64,000 bases of DNA from Planctomycetota bacterium (GTDB lineage: Bacteria; Planctomycetota; GCA-002687715; CAIWVZ01): the NCBI GenBank assembly GCA_044222185.1, contig JBGANV010000004.1, positions 192,001-256,000 on the forward strand, given 5' to 3'. Position 1 is the first letter of the stretch, and the number at the start of each line of letters is the position of its first letter. Below, one piece after another: positions 8,844 to 18,335 of this stretch. Made by a program: the position numbers and the translations under genes. A model generated the notes under the pieces. It was not told the DNA's origin. It ran no database searches and saw nothing but the letters and a program-made list of their open reading frames with translations.

Positions 8844-11396
8844 TCACTGGACGGGCGCAGCGAGGGCGCTGCGCGTTCGGGGCCGCCGGAGGAGCGATCC
8901 CACGAGGAGCGCCCCAGCGCCGGATGCGATCAGGAGGTCTCGCCGCCATCCGGGCGGCCGGAACCGCAGGCGAAGCCGCTGTGCTCCCTCGCCGACTGCG
9001 ATGGCGCGAAGTGCCACGTCGGCCCGGAGTACGGGCAGGGCCTGCTCGTCGCCGTTCGGAAACGTGGACGTGCACGTCCAGCCCGGCATGTACGAGTCCG
9101 AAACCACGACCCACCCCCGCGGGCCCGGTCCGACGTCGATCGTGAGATCGCCCGCCAGCGATGCCGCCACGTCGACCGCGCGTGCGACCGGTGGCTCGTC
9201 CGTCGCGTCCTCCGTGCCGGACGAAGCCGGCGGTAGCAGGACGACGTTCCGCGGATCGACGGCGCTTCGCCGCAGCATCGACGCTGCAGCCTCGTCGGTT
9301 GCGTGGCGGGCGCTGCGTGCGAACCACGCCCGGGGCAGCACGGATCCCGTCTCGTAGATCCACAGGTCGGCGTTCGACGTGCCCACGGGAGGATGCACGA
9401 GGCGCAGATCGGCCGACGGCATGGGGCGCGCCGCGACGAGGTAGCGGACGCGCGTGAGCGCCAGGATCGGTGAGTCCGCGTTGGCCAGGGCCACCCCCGT
9501 GATCCCCGACTCACGCTGCACCGCGGCGACACCGTCCCACAGCGCGAGCCACCATCGGGGAATCAACTCGCGGTAGCCCTGCGCGTCGGCGAGTCCGCGA
9601 ACGATGCCCAGGTTGGGCACCAGCAGCGAGTCCTTGTCGGTGAATGCCGCCTCCGCCGTTTCACTGACCCGCATGAACCGATCGGGGCCGAGATGTTCGC
9701 GAAGCCAAGTCAGTCCCGGCGTGTCGGTGAAGATCCCCTGGCGCGACACGGGAAGCGTGACCGGTACGAAGCAGGCCGCGAGTTCCACGGCCACGGCCAT
9801 GGGCGCGACTCGGGATATCCAGGCGCGCCTCGCGGGCCCGGCGGACTTGTCGCGCATCAGCCACCACGCACAGATCGTGGCGAGCGAGACCGCGAGGAGG
9901 TCGGCTCGCAGGTCTTCCAGCGGCGTGCGGATGACAGGTTCGTAGATCTCCAGGGGCTTGGACGGATCGAGCCCGAACTGCGCGTCGGCGCCGGCTGCGC
10001 GGAGTGCGCGAAGTGCGAGGAGGCCGCAGCTCCCGGGCGCGGCGAATGAGGCGATCGCGCCGATGCCGGAGGCGATCGCCACGATCATTGCGAGGACGCG
10101 GACGCTCGGGAGGATCCAACGGCGCCGACGATCGGCTGCGGGCTCCAGGATGTGATCGAGTCCGAAGGCGGCGAGCGCGGGTATGGCAACGCATACGAGA
10201 GCGACGCCGCGCGCCGGTGCCCCCACCGCGAAGACCGGGAGCGAACCGCACGCGCGGATGACGGCCTGGGGGCAGGACCACGCGACGCCGACGGCGCCCA
10301 TGCACACGATCGCGACCGCCTGGGGACTTCGCGTCGACATCATCCCCACGAGCGCCAGGACGAGGACGACGACTCCGCAGAAGACGGTGCGCTCGCTCCA
10401 GTTCACGATGCCCGGCGGCGTCATCGCGGGACCTTCGCCGAGCGCGATGCGCACGGCCGGCTGGTCGGGCCAGTGACCCGGACGCATGGGGCTTCCGAGC
10501 GTCCGCGGCATGGCGAGTCCGGTCCAGGCTGCCGGGCGAAATCGGCCGTCGACCAACGCATCGATGGATGGAGATCCGCGGGCCGTGGCTTCGCGGACAT
10601 CGAGCGTCGTCCCGAGCTGCGGCATGGCCAGGGCGACTCCCAGCGCGCAATGGCCCGCGGCCAACGCGAGCCTCGAGCCACCGGTTCGCCTGTCCGTCGA
10701 CGGCTGGACGGCGGCGATCCACCGCACCAGTCCATAGATGCCGACGGCCGCCGTGCCCAGGATCGCGAGCTGCGGAAAGCCCGCGAGCCACATGAGCGCC
10801 GTTGCCGCAGCGAGAGCCGGCTGGTTCCAGCGCGAGCGACCGCCGAGGATCCCCTCGAGGAAGAACAGTGCGACGGGCAACCACGCAGCCGTCGCCACGA
10901 TGGGTGTGTTCTGGATGTGCGCCGCCATCCAACCCGAGAGCATGAAGCCGAGCCCGGCCATCGACGCCGCGGGACCGGAGCGACCACATCGGAGCAGGAA
11001 TCCCATGAGGCCGAGCCCTGCGATCAGGGCATGGAGCGCCGCATCCACGACCAGCGAGTCCTCGAGTGGGACGAGCAGCAGCAGCCAGTTCACGGGGTAG
11101 AAGACGCCGGTGAGCGGGTTGGCTGCGTGCGAGAGCCCGCCGAGGATTCCGTCGTTCCACAGGGGCAGCCGACCGTCCCGGAGTTCCCGGCGGAAATACC
11201 ACCGGTCCGGGTAGATCAGGTTGACCTTGTCGTTGATCGAGTAGTTGAAGGGCTGCGACCCTGCTTCGACTGCCGGCACGCGCGTCCACGGGATGTCGTG
11301 TGCCGACGGATGCCGGGGGAGGAACACCCTGTCGGTCCCGATCACCAACGTCACGCCCGTGGCGGCGACCAGGATCAGCGGAATCGCGCATTTCAT
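8844..11396 (-). CDS. YfhO-family multi-pass membrane protein (GT-C-like glycosyltransferase)
   Basis: LPLWN..ILGG...ANP..VFYP, many TM helices, and C-terminal VVSDSYMPGW...LRFRP followed by a final TM. Confidence 0.8.
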   Translation of the reverse strand: MKCAIPLILVAATGVTLVIGTDRVFLPRHPSAHDIPWTRVPAVEAGSQPFNYSINDKVNLIYPDRWYFRRELRDGRLPLWNDGILGGLSHAANPLTGVFYPVNWLLLLVPLEDSLVVDAALHALIAGLGLMGFLLRCGRSGPAASMAGLGFMLSGWMAAHIQNTPIVATAAWLPVALFFLEGILGGRSRWNQPALAAATALMWLAGFPQLAILGTAAVGIYGLVRWIAAVQPSTDRRTGGSRLALAAGHCALGVALAMPQLGTTLDVREATARGSPSIDALVDGRFRPAAWTGLAMPRTLGSPMRPGHWPDQPAVRIALGEGPAMTPPGIVNWSERTVFCGVVVLVLALVGMMSTRSPQAVAIVCMGAVGVAWSCPQAVIRACGSLPVFAVGAPARGVALVCVAIPALAAFGLDHILEPAADRRRRWILPSVRVLAMIVAIASGIGAIASFAAPGSCGLLALRALRAAGADAQFGLDPSKPLEIYEPVIRTPLEDLRADLLAVSLATICAWWLMRDKSAGPARRAWISRVAPMAVAVELAACFVPVTLPVSRQGIFTDTPGLTWLREHLGPDRFMRVSETAEAAFTDKDSLLVPNLGIVRGLADAQGYRELIPRWWLALWDGVAAVQRESGITGVALANADSPILALTRVRYLVAARPMPSADLRLVHPPVGTSNADLWIYETGSVLPRAWFARSARHATDEAAASMLRRSAVDPRNVVLLPPASSGTEDATDEPPVARAVDVAASLAGDLTIDVGPGPRGWVVVSDSYMPGWTCTSTFPNGDEQALPVLRADVALRAIAVGEGAQRLRLRFRPPGWRRDLLIASGAGALLVGSLLRRPRTRSALAAPVQ

Positions 11397-11474
11397 GCCG
11401 CGCGAGACATTACCCTATGCCCGTCGATCCGGCGCGGTTGGCGCCGCCGCATCCCCACCGGATTGAACTCGGCC

Positions 11475-12557
11475 ATGCAGGACCCAATCGTCGAATCCGT
11501 GCGCGCGCACGAGGCGTTTCCGGCCGAGATCGGGGCCATCCAGTGCTCCCGATGGCTGAAGCGCGGGTCGCTGTGCACGACGCTCGCGCTGAATGTCCGC
11601 CGCGGGCGGGCGGTGCTGAAGCACTTCCCATTCGACCTCGGGGTCTCGATTCCGCAGGCGGCGGATCCGCGGATCCGGTCGTTGCCAAGCTGGCTCGCGG
11701 TGCCTCCGTACTTCTCCTCGATGTCGGAGCGGCTGCGGCGTGCGGCGAACGGAATCGGTGACGCCGCCCCGAACGTCCTCGGGGAAGGCGTGGTGGCGGA
11801 CGGTGCGCGCTTCGTCGTCTTGTCGTGGATCGAGGGCGAGACGATGGATACCTGCGTCCAACGTGAGCGGTCTTGCGGGCGATCGATCTCGGCGGGTCTC
11901 GGCGCGTTGGCGCGGGTGCTTCACGCCGCGAACCCGGCGACGGACGACGGCGGTCGTTCCTGGGATTCGCTCGTCGCCGAGTGGCTCCACGCGGTGGTCG
12001 ACGGACTGCCCGGGCTCGCCGTCGGCGCGAGCGATCGGTGGCGCATGCGTGTCGCCGTCGAAACGATCGCAGCGCGTCTCGGTGGCATGGACCCGGGGCC
12101 TCGCGTGCTCGTGCACGGCGACCTGAACCCGAGCAACGTCATCGTGGATCCGAACGGCGCGATCACCGGGCTCATCGACTTCGAGCTGGCATGCGATGCT
12201 CCCGCGTCCGTCGACTTCCGCTTCCTCGACGCTCTGGATGCGGACGCATTCCTCGACGGCTACGGCGTGGCCGCGGCGCGCCGCAGCGACGCGCGGTGGC
12301 TCGGCGTCGTTCACGACCTGTTGTGGCAGGGCATCGCCATGTTGACCGCGTCGCGCTGCACTCCGTTGGACCTGGGCGCCGACTACTGGACTCCGTACGT
12401 GGCGCAGTTCGCCTACCTGATGGGAGTCGCAGCTCACGAGCCGCTGCGGCTCGGCCAGGAGGCGCGACGCCTGGCGTTTCACCGCCGGTGTCTCCGCCGG
12501 TGCGGGACCCGCATCGCGCGGGCAATCGCCACTCAGAGCGGCCGCGTGACGTCGTAG
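11475..12557 (+). CDS. Aminoglycoside phosphotransferase / kinase-like family protein
   Basis: LVHGDLNPSNVIV and GLIDFE motifs. The ORF-track N-terminal extension overlaps the YfhO gene and was discarded. Confidence 0.75.
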   Translation: MQDPIVESVRAHEAFPAEIGAIQCSRWLKRGSLCTTLALNVRRGRAVLKHFPFDLGVSIPQAADPRIRSLPSWLAVPPYFSSMSERLRRAANGIGDAAPNVLGEGVVADGARFVVLSWIEGETMDTCVQRERSCGRSISAGLGALARVLHAANPATDDGGRSWDSLVAEWLHAVVDGLPGLAVGASDRWRMRVAVETIAARLGGMDPGPRVLVHGDLNPSNVIVDPNGAITGLIDFELACDAPASVDFRFLDALDADAFLDGYGVAAARRSDARWLGVVHDLLWQGIAMLTASRCTPLDLGADYWTPYVAQFAYLMGVAAHEPLRLGQEARRLAFHRRCLRRCGTRIARAIATQSGRVTS

Positions 12558-13339
12558 GTGTGGTAGCCGCCCGATCCACCGCGGGCGTGGAACACCCACG
12601 TATCCTCCGCGATCCTGCAGGAGAGTCCGCGCTCGGTGAACCACGTCTCCCAGCTGCGGCGCTTCGAATGGAAATCGTCGAACGCAGACAGGTAGTCGCG
12701 CAGCGTCGCGAGGTGCTCGACGCCCGTGAGGAGGCAGAAGCCGCTGGGCGCGCCGCTGCGGGAGCGGCCCGAGAACGCATGCTGGACCCGGGAGGCATAG
12801 CGCACGATCCGTTCGAGGCTCGGTGCCGGTGCGCCGGCTCTCGCACCGCGTGAGCCCGCGTGCTCGGCGATCGCCGGGAACTCGTCCGGGATCACGACCG
12901 TAGGGTGCGGAGCAGAACGCAGGTGGCCGCGGAGTCGTGCCAACCAGCCGGGTGTGGTGATCACGTCGCTGTTCAGGAGGCAGATGGCGTCGTCCGATTC
13001 GCTCACGCGATCGAGCCCGACGAGGCTCCCTCGTGCCCAACCGGCGTTGTCATCGCGACGCACGACGACGAGTCGCGGATCCGCCGCGGCCGTACGTTCG
13101 AGCCACTCCCGCGTTTCGTCGGTGCTGCCGTTGTCGACGACGAGCAACCGGTACGCCGTGTCCGTGAAGCGGAGTATCGACTCGATCGCGGGCCGCGTCG
13201 TCGTCTCCAGGTGATTCCACGCCACGAGGACGATCGCGGTGGTCGGAGCGGCGAGACCGGGTCGGCCCGGCGGCGCGGCAGCGGTCCTGCCGCGCTCACC
13301 CGCGCCGCTGCCGCCGCTGCCGCCCTCGATTCCGTTCAC
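12533..13339 (-). CDS. Glycosyltransferase family 2
   Basis: IVLVAWN, LVVDNGSTDET, N.GWARG, LLNSDV...PGWL and SGFCLL motifs. Confidence 0.85.
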   Translation of the reverse strand: MNGIEGGSGGSGAGERGRTAAAPPGRPGLAAPTTAIVLVAWNHLETTTRPAIESILRFTDTAYRLLVVDNGSTDETREWLERTAAADPRLVVVRRDDNAGWARGSLVGLDRVSESDDAICLLNSDVITTPGWLARLRGHLRSAPHPTVVIPDEFPAIAEHAGSRGARAGAPAPSLERIVRYASRVQHAFSGRSRSGAPSGFCLLTGVEHLATLRDYLSAFDDFHSKRRSWETWFTERGLSCRIAEDTWVFHARGGSGGYHTYDVTRPL

Positions 13340-13394
13340 GGCGCCGGCTCCGACGCCGTGCCGGCGGAAGCCTCGAACGGGGCGGCGCCCTGGC

Positions 13395-14423
13395 TCACGG
13401 CAGGATCGTCGACGTGAACTGATCCGCGATGCTGAAGTGGGAGAGGGTCGCCTGATCGACGAGTCCGACCGCGAAGTACAGCGTCAGGCCGACGTACTGC
13501 TGATCGTTGGGAATCGTGACCGGCACGGTCACGATCTCATTCGGCGCGAGGAAGTACGTGGAGATGATCGCGTAGAACGGGGAGCCGACCGGCAGAGTCA
13601 CCCCGCCGGAGATCGTCGGGCCCGGCGTCGTCGAGAAGACGAGGCAGCCGTAGCAGCCCGTGCCACCGGACTCGACGAACGTCACGGTGTTGCCGATGCG
13701 GGGCTCGCCCACCATCCATCCACCAGCCGCGCACGAGGTCGTGGTGCCGATCGTTCCGCTGCCGCCCTGGGCGCCCGCCTGGAACTTGAACGCGCCCGTC
13801 GTGCGCATGCTGCCCGGAGGATTCACCGAAAGCGAGTGCGAGAACGCCGTGTTCGTGAGCGTCGACACTCCCGGTCCGTCGATGTGGAGGACGAAGGTCG
13901 CCGGTCCGATGACCCACGACCCTGGAGGCGCGCCGATCGTGTCCGCCGCCGGGTTGGAGATCCCGCCGTGGATGTTGGGACGCGTCAGGCTGAAACCGAA
14001 CGCCCCGAAGCAGCCGAAGGTCACGTTGTTGTTGCCGTCGCGATTGTCCACGTCGACGTTCAGGGCGAACGCCGGCGCTGCGCCGCCCGAACCCGTCTGC
14101 GAGACGAGAGTCACGGCGGAGACGGCGAGGTACGGCAGGTTGCCGTAGATGTGCGTGATGATCGGATTCTGGACGCCGACGGTGACCGGCGAGGTGTTGC
14201 TCACGACGAGCGTGAGGTTCTGTGAAACGTGGTCGTAGGAATACGAGAGCGTTCCCGTGGCGACCGTGCCGTCGCTCAAGGTCGGGGGGTTGGCGCCGCC
14301 CTGACAGCCGTTGGAGCCGAGGCCGCCAATGCTGCCGACGTCGGCCTGTGCGAGGAGGGGTGATCCGGCTGCGAGGATGAACCCGAGCGCGGCCAACGAG
14401 GTGAGGGGTCGCTTCGATGACAT
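13395..14423 (-). CDS. Secreted hypothetical protein with shared C-terminal domain
   Basis: Signal peptide ending LLAQ. Beta-rich sequence ending IPNDQQYVGLTLYF...FTSTILP. Confidence 0.75.
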   Translation of the reverse strand: MSSKRPLTSLAALGFILAAGSPLLAQADVGSIGGLGSNGCQGGANPPTLSDGTVATGTLSYSYDHVSQNLTLVVSNTSPVTVGVQNPIITHIYGNLPYLAVSAVTLVSQTGSGGAAPAFALNVDVDNRDGNNNVTFGCFGAFGFSLTRPNIHGGISNPAADTIGAPPGSWVIGPATFVLHIDGPGVSTLTNTAFSHSLSVNPPGSMRTTGAFKFQAGAQGGSGTIGTTTSCAAGGWMVGEPRIGNTVTFVESGGTGCYGCLVFSTTPGPTISGGVTLPVGSPFYAIISTYFLAPNEIVTVPVTIPNDQQYVGLTLYFAVGLVDQATLSHFSIADQFTSTILP

Positions 14424-14811
14424 CGACGATTGCTCCGTTCAGGTGTGCGTGTCGGACACGCGAGGGTTTGTCCAAGCGCTGGCTCCGTTGCCCGCGCCCG
14501 CTCTCGTTCTGGGGCGCGAACCTATCTCAATGGAAAGCCGGCACGAAAGGGGCTGTTGAATTTTCGGACGTGCTGCCAGCGGCCGGTCCCGCCGGGCTGA
14601 ACACGAATCCATCCATTCGTGCTCAGGAAGTGCCTGGGGAGCCCGCAAGCGGGTCGAAGGCCCGGAGGAACGCGGCGCTGCAGGCACGTTTGCCATCGCC
14701 GGACCCTTTCGTGCGTCGTGCCCGGTCGACGTGGTCGATTGACTGCGGGCGACGTCGGTCCTTTAATCGTGCGTCGATGACGCACCACGGCCGAGCACGC
14801 CAGACATCCCG

Positions 14812-16371
14812 ATGAGCAGGGGCACCGGTGAAGCACGCACGGCCCGCGATCGACCCACGCGCATTGGGTTCGTGAATCTGCACGCGCGTACGGACAACTG
14901 GCCGCACATGGTCATGGTGCCGCAGGGAATCATGGCGCTTTCCGCCGCCGTGAAACGTGCCTTTCCAACGGACGTCGACGTCCGGCTCCACGACATGACG
15001 TTGACGGAGGGCGGCGTCTCGTTGGAGACCGAGGTCGAGCGATTCCTTCGCGAATTCGATCCGGACATCGTCGGGATCCGGGGATTCACCTGTCAGGCGG
15101 CCGAGTTTCCAGTCGTCGCGGCTCTCGCGAAACGAAGGCGTCCCGACGTCGTCGTGATCGCCGGCGGTCCGCACGCCAGCACGAAGTCGCGGACGCTCTT
15201 CGACGAGCCGGCCATCGACTTCGTCGTGCCGTTCGAGGGCGACGTCACCTTCGTCGAACTCGTCGCGGCGCTTCGCGACGGGACGGATCCCACCTCGGTT
15301 CCAGGCGTCGCGTGGGACGACGGCGGGGTCACCCGCGAAGCTCCGCCAAGGCCGCTGATCCAGGACCTCGATGCCCTGCCCTTCCCCGACTACTCCATCA
15401 TCGACCTCGATCGCTACCAGGGTCCGTGCACGATGACGGGGCTTTGGCCCCGCGGGCGATACTCGTCGATCTTCACGTCGCGGGGTTGCCACTACCAGTG
15501 CGCGTACTGCCACGACAACTTCGGCAAGCGTGTCCGATATCGCTCCGTCGACGACGTGATCGACGAGATGGCCTGGCTGATCGACACCCACGGCGTCACC
15601 GAGTTCCAGATCATCGACGACATCTTCAACGCGGACGAAGAGCGTGCGATCCGGATCTTCGACAGGATCGTGCGCGCGGGTTGGAAGATCCACCTGGCGT
15701 TTCCCAACGGCTTGCGCGGGGACGTCATGACCGAGCCGTTCGTCGCAGCGGCGCGGGCGGCTGGGGCGTATTACTGGGGTCTGGCAGTGGAGTCGGCGTC
15801 GCCGCGCATCCAGAAGCTCGTGAAGAAGTTCAACAAGCTCGACCGACTCGCAGAGAGCATCGCGATGTCGCGCCGCTACGGCGTGCTCACGGCGACGTTC
15901 AACATGCTGGGCTTCCCCACGGAAACTCCGCAGGAGATGGAGGCGACGATCCGCTTCAATCTGGAGACGAAGCCGCACATCGCGTGGTTCTTCCTCGTGA
16001 TGCCGTTCGAGGGGACGACGTTGCACGAGATCGTGAGCGATGCCGCGCTGCCGACTCCGGACCGCGGCGCCGTCCTCACGTTCTCCAACTATTTCGAGGA
16101 TGGCCACCCGTGGTTCACGACCATCAGCCGCCCGGACATCCAGCAGGTGATCGTGGAGGCGTACCGCCGCGTGTACTTCGAGCCCGAGCGCATGGCGCAG
16201 TACGCCGACCTCATCACGCACGGGCACGACCCGGCGCAGCTCCTCGAGTTCATCGAGAACCGCTTGCGAGCGACGGGGCTCGATCGCACGACGGTCTCGC
16301 CGGAGGTCCTGGTGCACATTCGGCGCCTGGAACTCGCGAAGGTTGCCGCGCGTGAGGCGGTGAGCCGCTGA
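14812..16371 (+). CDS. B12-binding radical SAM protein (class B methyltransferase-like)
   Basis: PDIVGI, IAGGPHAS and EGD in the B12 domain. TSRGCHYQCAYC (CxxxCxxC), IIDDIF, MLGFPTET. Confidence 0.9.
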   Translation: MSRGTGEARTARDRPTRIGFVNLHARTDNWPHMVMVPQGIMALSAAVKRAFPTDVDVRLHDMTLTEGGVSLETEVERFLREFDPDIVGIRGFTCQAAEFPVVAALAKRRRPDVVVIAGGPHASTKSRTLFDEPAIDFVVPFEGDVTFVELVAALRDGTDPTSVPGVAWDDGGVTREAPPRPLIQDLDALPFPDYSIIDLDRYQGPCTMTGLWPRGRYSSIFTSRGCHYQCAYCHDNFGKRVRYRSVDDVIDEMAWLIDTHGVTEFQIIDDIFNADEERAIRIFDRIVRAGWKIHLAFPNGLRGDVMTEPFVAAARAAGAYYWGLAVESASPRIQKLVKKFNKLDRLAESIAMSRRYGVLTATFNMLGFPTETPQEMEATIRFNLETKPHIAWFFLVMPFEGTTLHEIVSDAALPTPDRGAVLTFSNYFEDGHPWFTTISRPDIQQVIVEAYRRVYFEPERMAQYADLITHGHDPAQLLEFIENRLRATGLDRTTVSPEVLVHIRRLELAKVAAREAVSR

Positions 16372-18300
16372 TCAAGGCGCGCGATCGTCGAAGAGGAGCA
16401 TGCGCCGGGATTCGACGGCCGTGGACTCGTCCGCGGATCGCGCCACGCTCCACGCGATGCCGATGGGGTTCTGGCCGCTCAGGCTCCCCGGCGGAAGTGG
16501 CCAGGCGAACTCCATCCCCGGGGCGAGCGCCCTGCACCCGGAGAGCCGCGCACGCACGGCCAAACCGCTCCTCATCGGGTCGAGTGCCGGTGCCGCATCG
16601 AACGCAAACCGACGTCCGGGGATCTGCAGCCGGATCACCGGATGCGCCGCCGGATCCCGCACCTCGAATGCGAACGACGGCTCGGCGTCCGTGACGCGGA
16701 CGACGGCGAGACGCGCGGGGTCGATCGGGTCGAACGCGGCGCCGGCCCCCGCGGTCGTGTCGTCCTCGAAGACCGTAACGGCTCGCGGCAGGGGTTCAGG
16801 CGTGAAGCGGACGAATCGGATGGCACGAACCGAAGGGTTCATCGACCAGCCTCGGGTTGCGATGACGCGCTCCAGGTCCGGGGCCCACGTCGCCTCCGTG
16901 CCGGTGACGAAAGGGACGACGTCGACCGGCCTCGTGACGAACGGCGGACGCATCGCACGTTCCACGTGTCGGTCGAGACTCGGGGCGCCGACACACTCGG
17001 ATGGAATCCCGAACGCCACGATGGGCGCGCCGACCGGTGCGTTCCACGCCTCGACCAGGAGCGCCTCCCGCACCGCGGTCACCTGATCACCGGCGAGCAC
17101 GTACGCGTGAAGGTTCGTGAGCAGCGCGGCAGCCTGGACGACGACGAGTGCGCCGCACGCGAGCCAGCGGGGCCGATTCCCGGCTGACGCGTCCGAAGGC
17201 GAAGCTCCACACGCCACGAGCGGCGGGATGAGGGCCCAGATGAAGTACGCCGGTCGCGAGTTCAGGAGTGACGGCTCCGAGAAGAACACCCGCAACACCG
17301 GCAGCCACGCGGCGAAGGCCATGGTGATTCCGAGCACCGTGAGGCGCAGGAGAGGCACTCGGAGCTCGCGCGTCGCGGCGAACCGGTGGATCACGCCGAG
17401 TGCCGCCGCCGCCTGAACCACCGCGAATGCCGCGAACACGACGGGGCCCGCGAGCGCCCTGTTCAGCGGCGCGAGCACCATGAGGACCGTTGTCGGGAGC
17501 CGCTCGAACACGTGCAGGTCGCGCGCGTAGTCGTCGAGGCTGGTCCACCCCGCGTAGTTCGTGCCGATCGCGCGGCCGAAGATGCACTCGCGCAGGACGA
17601 AGTACCCCGCAAGCCCGATCGCAGACAGCGCGCCGATGGCCGTCGCGTCGCGGAGGCGCGACGAGCCCGCGTGGTCGCGCGGTGCGACGGCGGCGGCGAT
17701 CGTCAGGACGAGCGGAAGGAGCACCGCCTGCTCGCGGCACAGAAATGCGGCCCAGCCCGCGACGACGGCCGTCGCGAGGGTCGAGCGCCGCCGATCGAGG
17801 ACCCAGGCAAGCGTGCGTTCGACCGAAACGAGGCTGAACGTCAGGGCGAGCACCAGGCTCTGTTGGATGATCCAGCTCGTGGCTTCGATCTGCCCGGGCG
17901 CGAGAGCGAACAGGACGCCGGCCAGGACGCCCGCGCGACGACGACCGGGGCCGCAGAGCCGGTCCGTGATCGACCGGACGATGAGCGCGCTGATCGCATG
18001 GAAGACGATGCCATGCACACGGAACGCCACGGCGCTCGGCCCGAACGCCCAGGCGACGAGGCCCCACGACAGAGCCGGGATCGGGCGCCAGAGATCTCCG
18101 CCCTCGTAGGCGGTCGGCCAGACGAGGTGATCGAACCAGCGCGCGACGTCGAGCGAGCCGTCGGCGTGCGTGAGCGTCGCGAGCCAGAAGTCATCCTTCA
18201 GGAAACCGACGCCGAGGGTCGTCAGGTGGGGGAGCACGGCCGCCAGGACGACGGCGCAAGAGCCACGGTCCACGAGCCGGGAGAGTGCGGATGCCTGCAC
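16372..18300 (-). CDS. Multi-pass membrane protein, PMT/GT-C-like glycosyltransferase
   Basis: FLKDD, WRP, LFALAP.QIEA.SWI and CREQA motifs. About 11 hydrophobic segments. Confidence 0.65.
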   Translation of the reverse strand: MQASALSRLVDRGSCAVVLAAVLPHLTTLGVGFLKDDFWLATLTHADGSLDVARWFDHLVWPTAYEGGDLWRPIPALSWGLVAWAFGPSAVAFRVHGIVFHAISALIVRSITDRLCGPGRRRAGVLAGVLFALAPGQIEATSWIIQQSLVLALTFSLVSVERTLAWVLDRRRSTLATAVVAGWAAFLCREQAVLLPLVLTIAAAVAPRDHAGSSRLRDATAIGALSAIGLAGYFVLRECIFGRAIGTNYAGWTSLDDYARDLHVFERLPTTVLMVLAPLNRALAGPVVFAAFAVVQAAAALGVIHRFAATRELRVPLLRLTVLGITMAFAAWLPVLRVFFSEPSLLNSRPAYFIWALIPPLVACGASPSDASAGNRPRWLACGALVVVQAAALLTNLHAYVLAGDQVTAVREALLVEAWNAPVGAPIVAFGIPSECVGAPSLDRHVERAMRPPFVTRPVDVVPFVTGTEATWAPDLERVIATRGWSMNPSVRAIRFVRFTPEPLPRAVTVFEDDTTAGAGAAFDPIDPARLAVVRVTDAEPSFAFEVRDPAAHPVIRLQIPGRRFAFDAAPALDPMRSGLAVRARLSGCRALAPGMEFAWPLPPGSLSGQNPIGIAWSVARSADESTAVESRRMLLFDDRAP

Positions 18301-18335
18301 GCGGCGGCGAGTCTACTCGACTCGCGCCGGGGGGG

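Noticed and set aside
10152-11474. Long N-terminal extensions in the ORF track (kinase, QhpD from 31936, VgrG from 47195, DNA MTase from 42518, CHRD from 43963)
   Set aside because: They overlap neighbouring genes or are compositionally non-coding. Downstream starts with stop/start overlap or signal peptides were chosen instead.
11475-12557. Aminoglycoside resistance gene
   Set aside because: Only generic APH/choline-kinase superfamily motifs are present, the context is glycosylation-related, and there is no mobile element.
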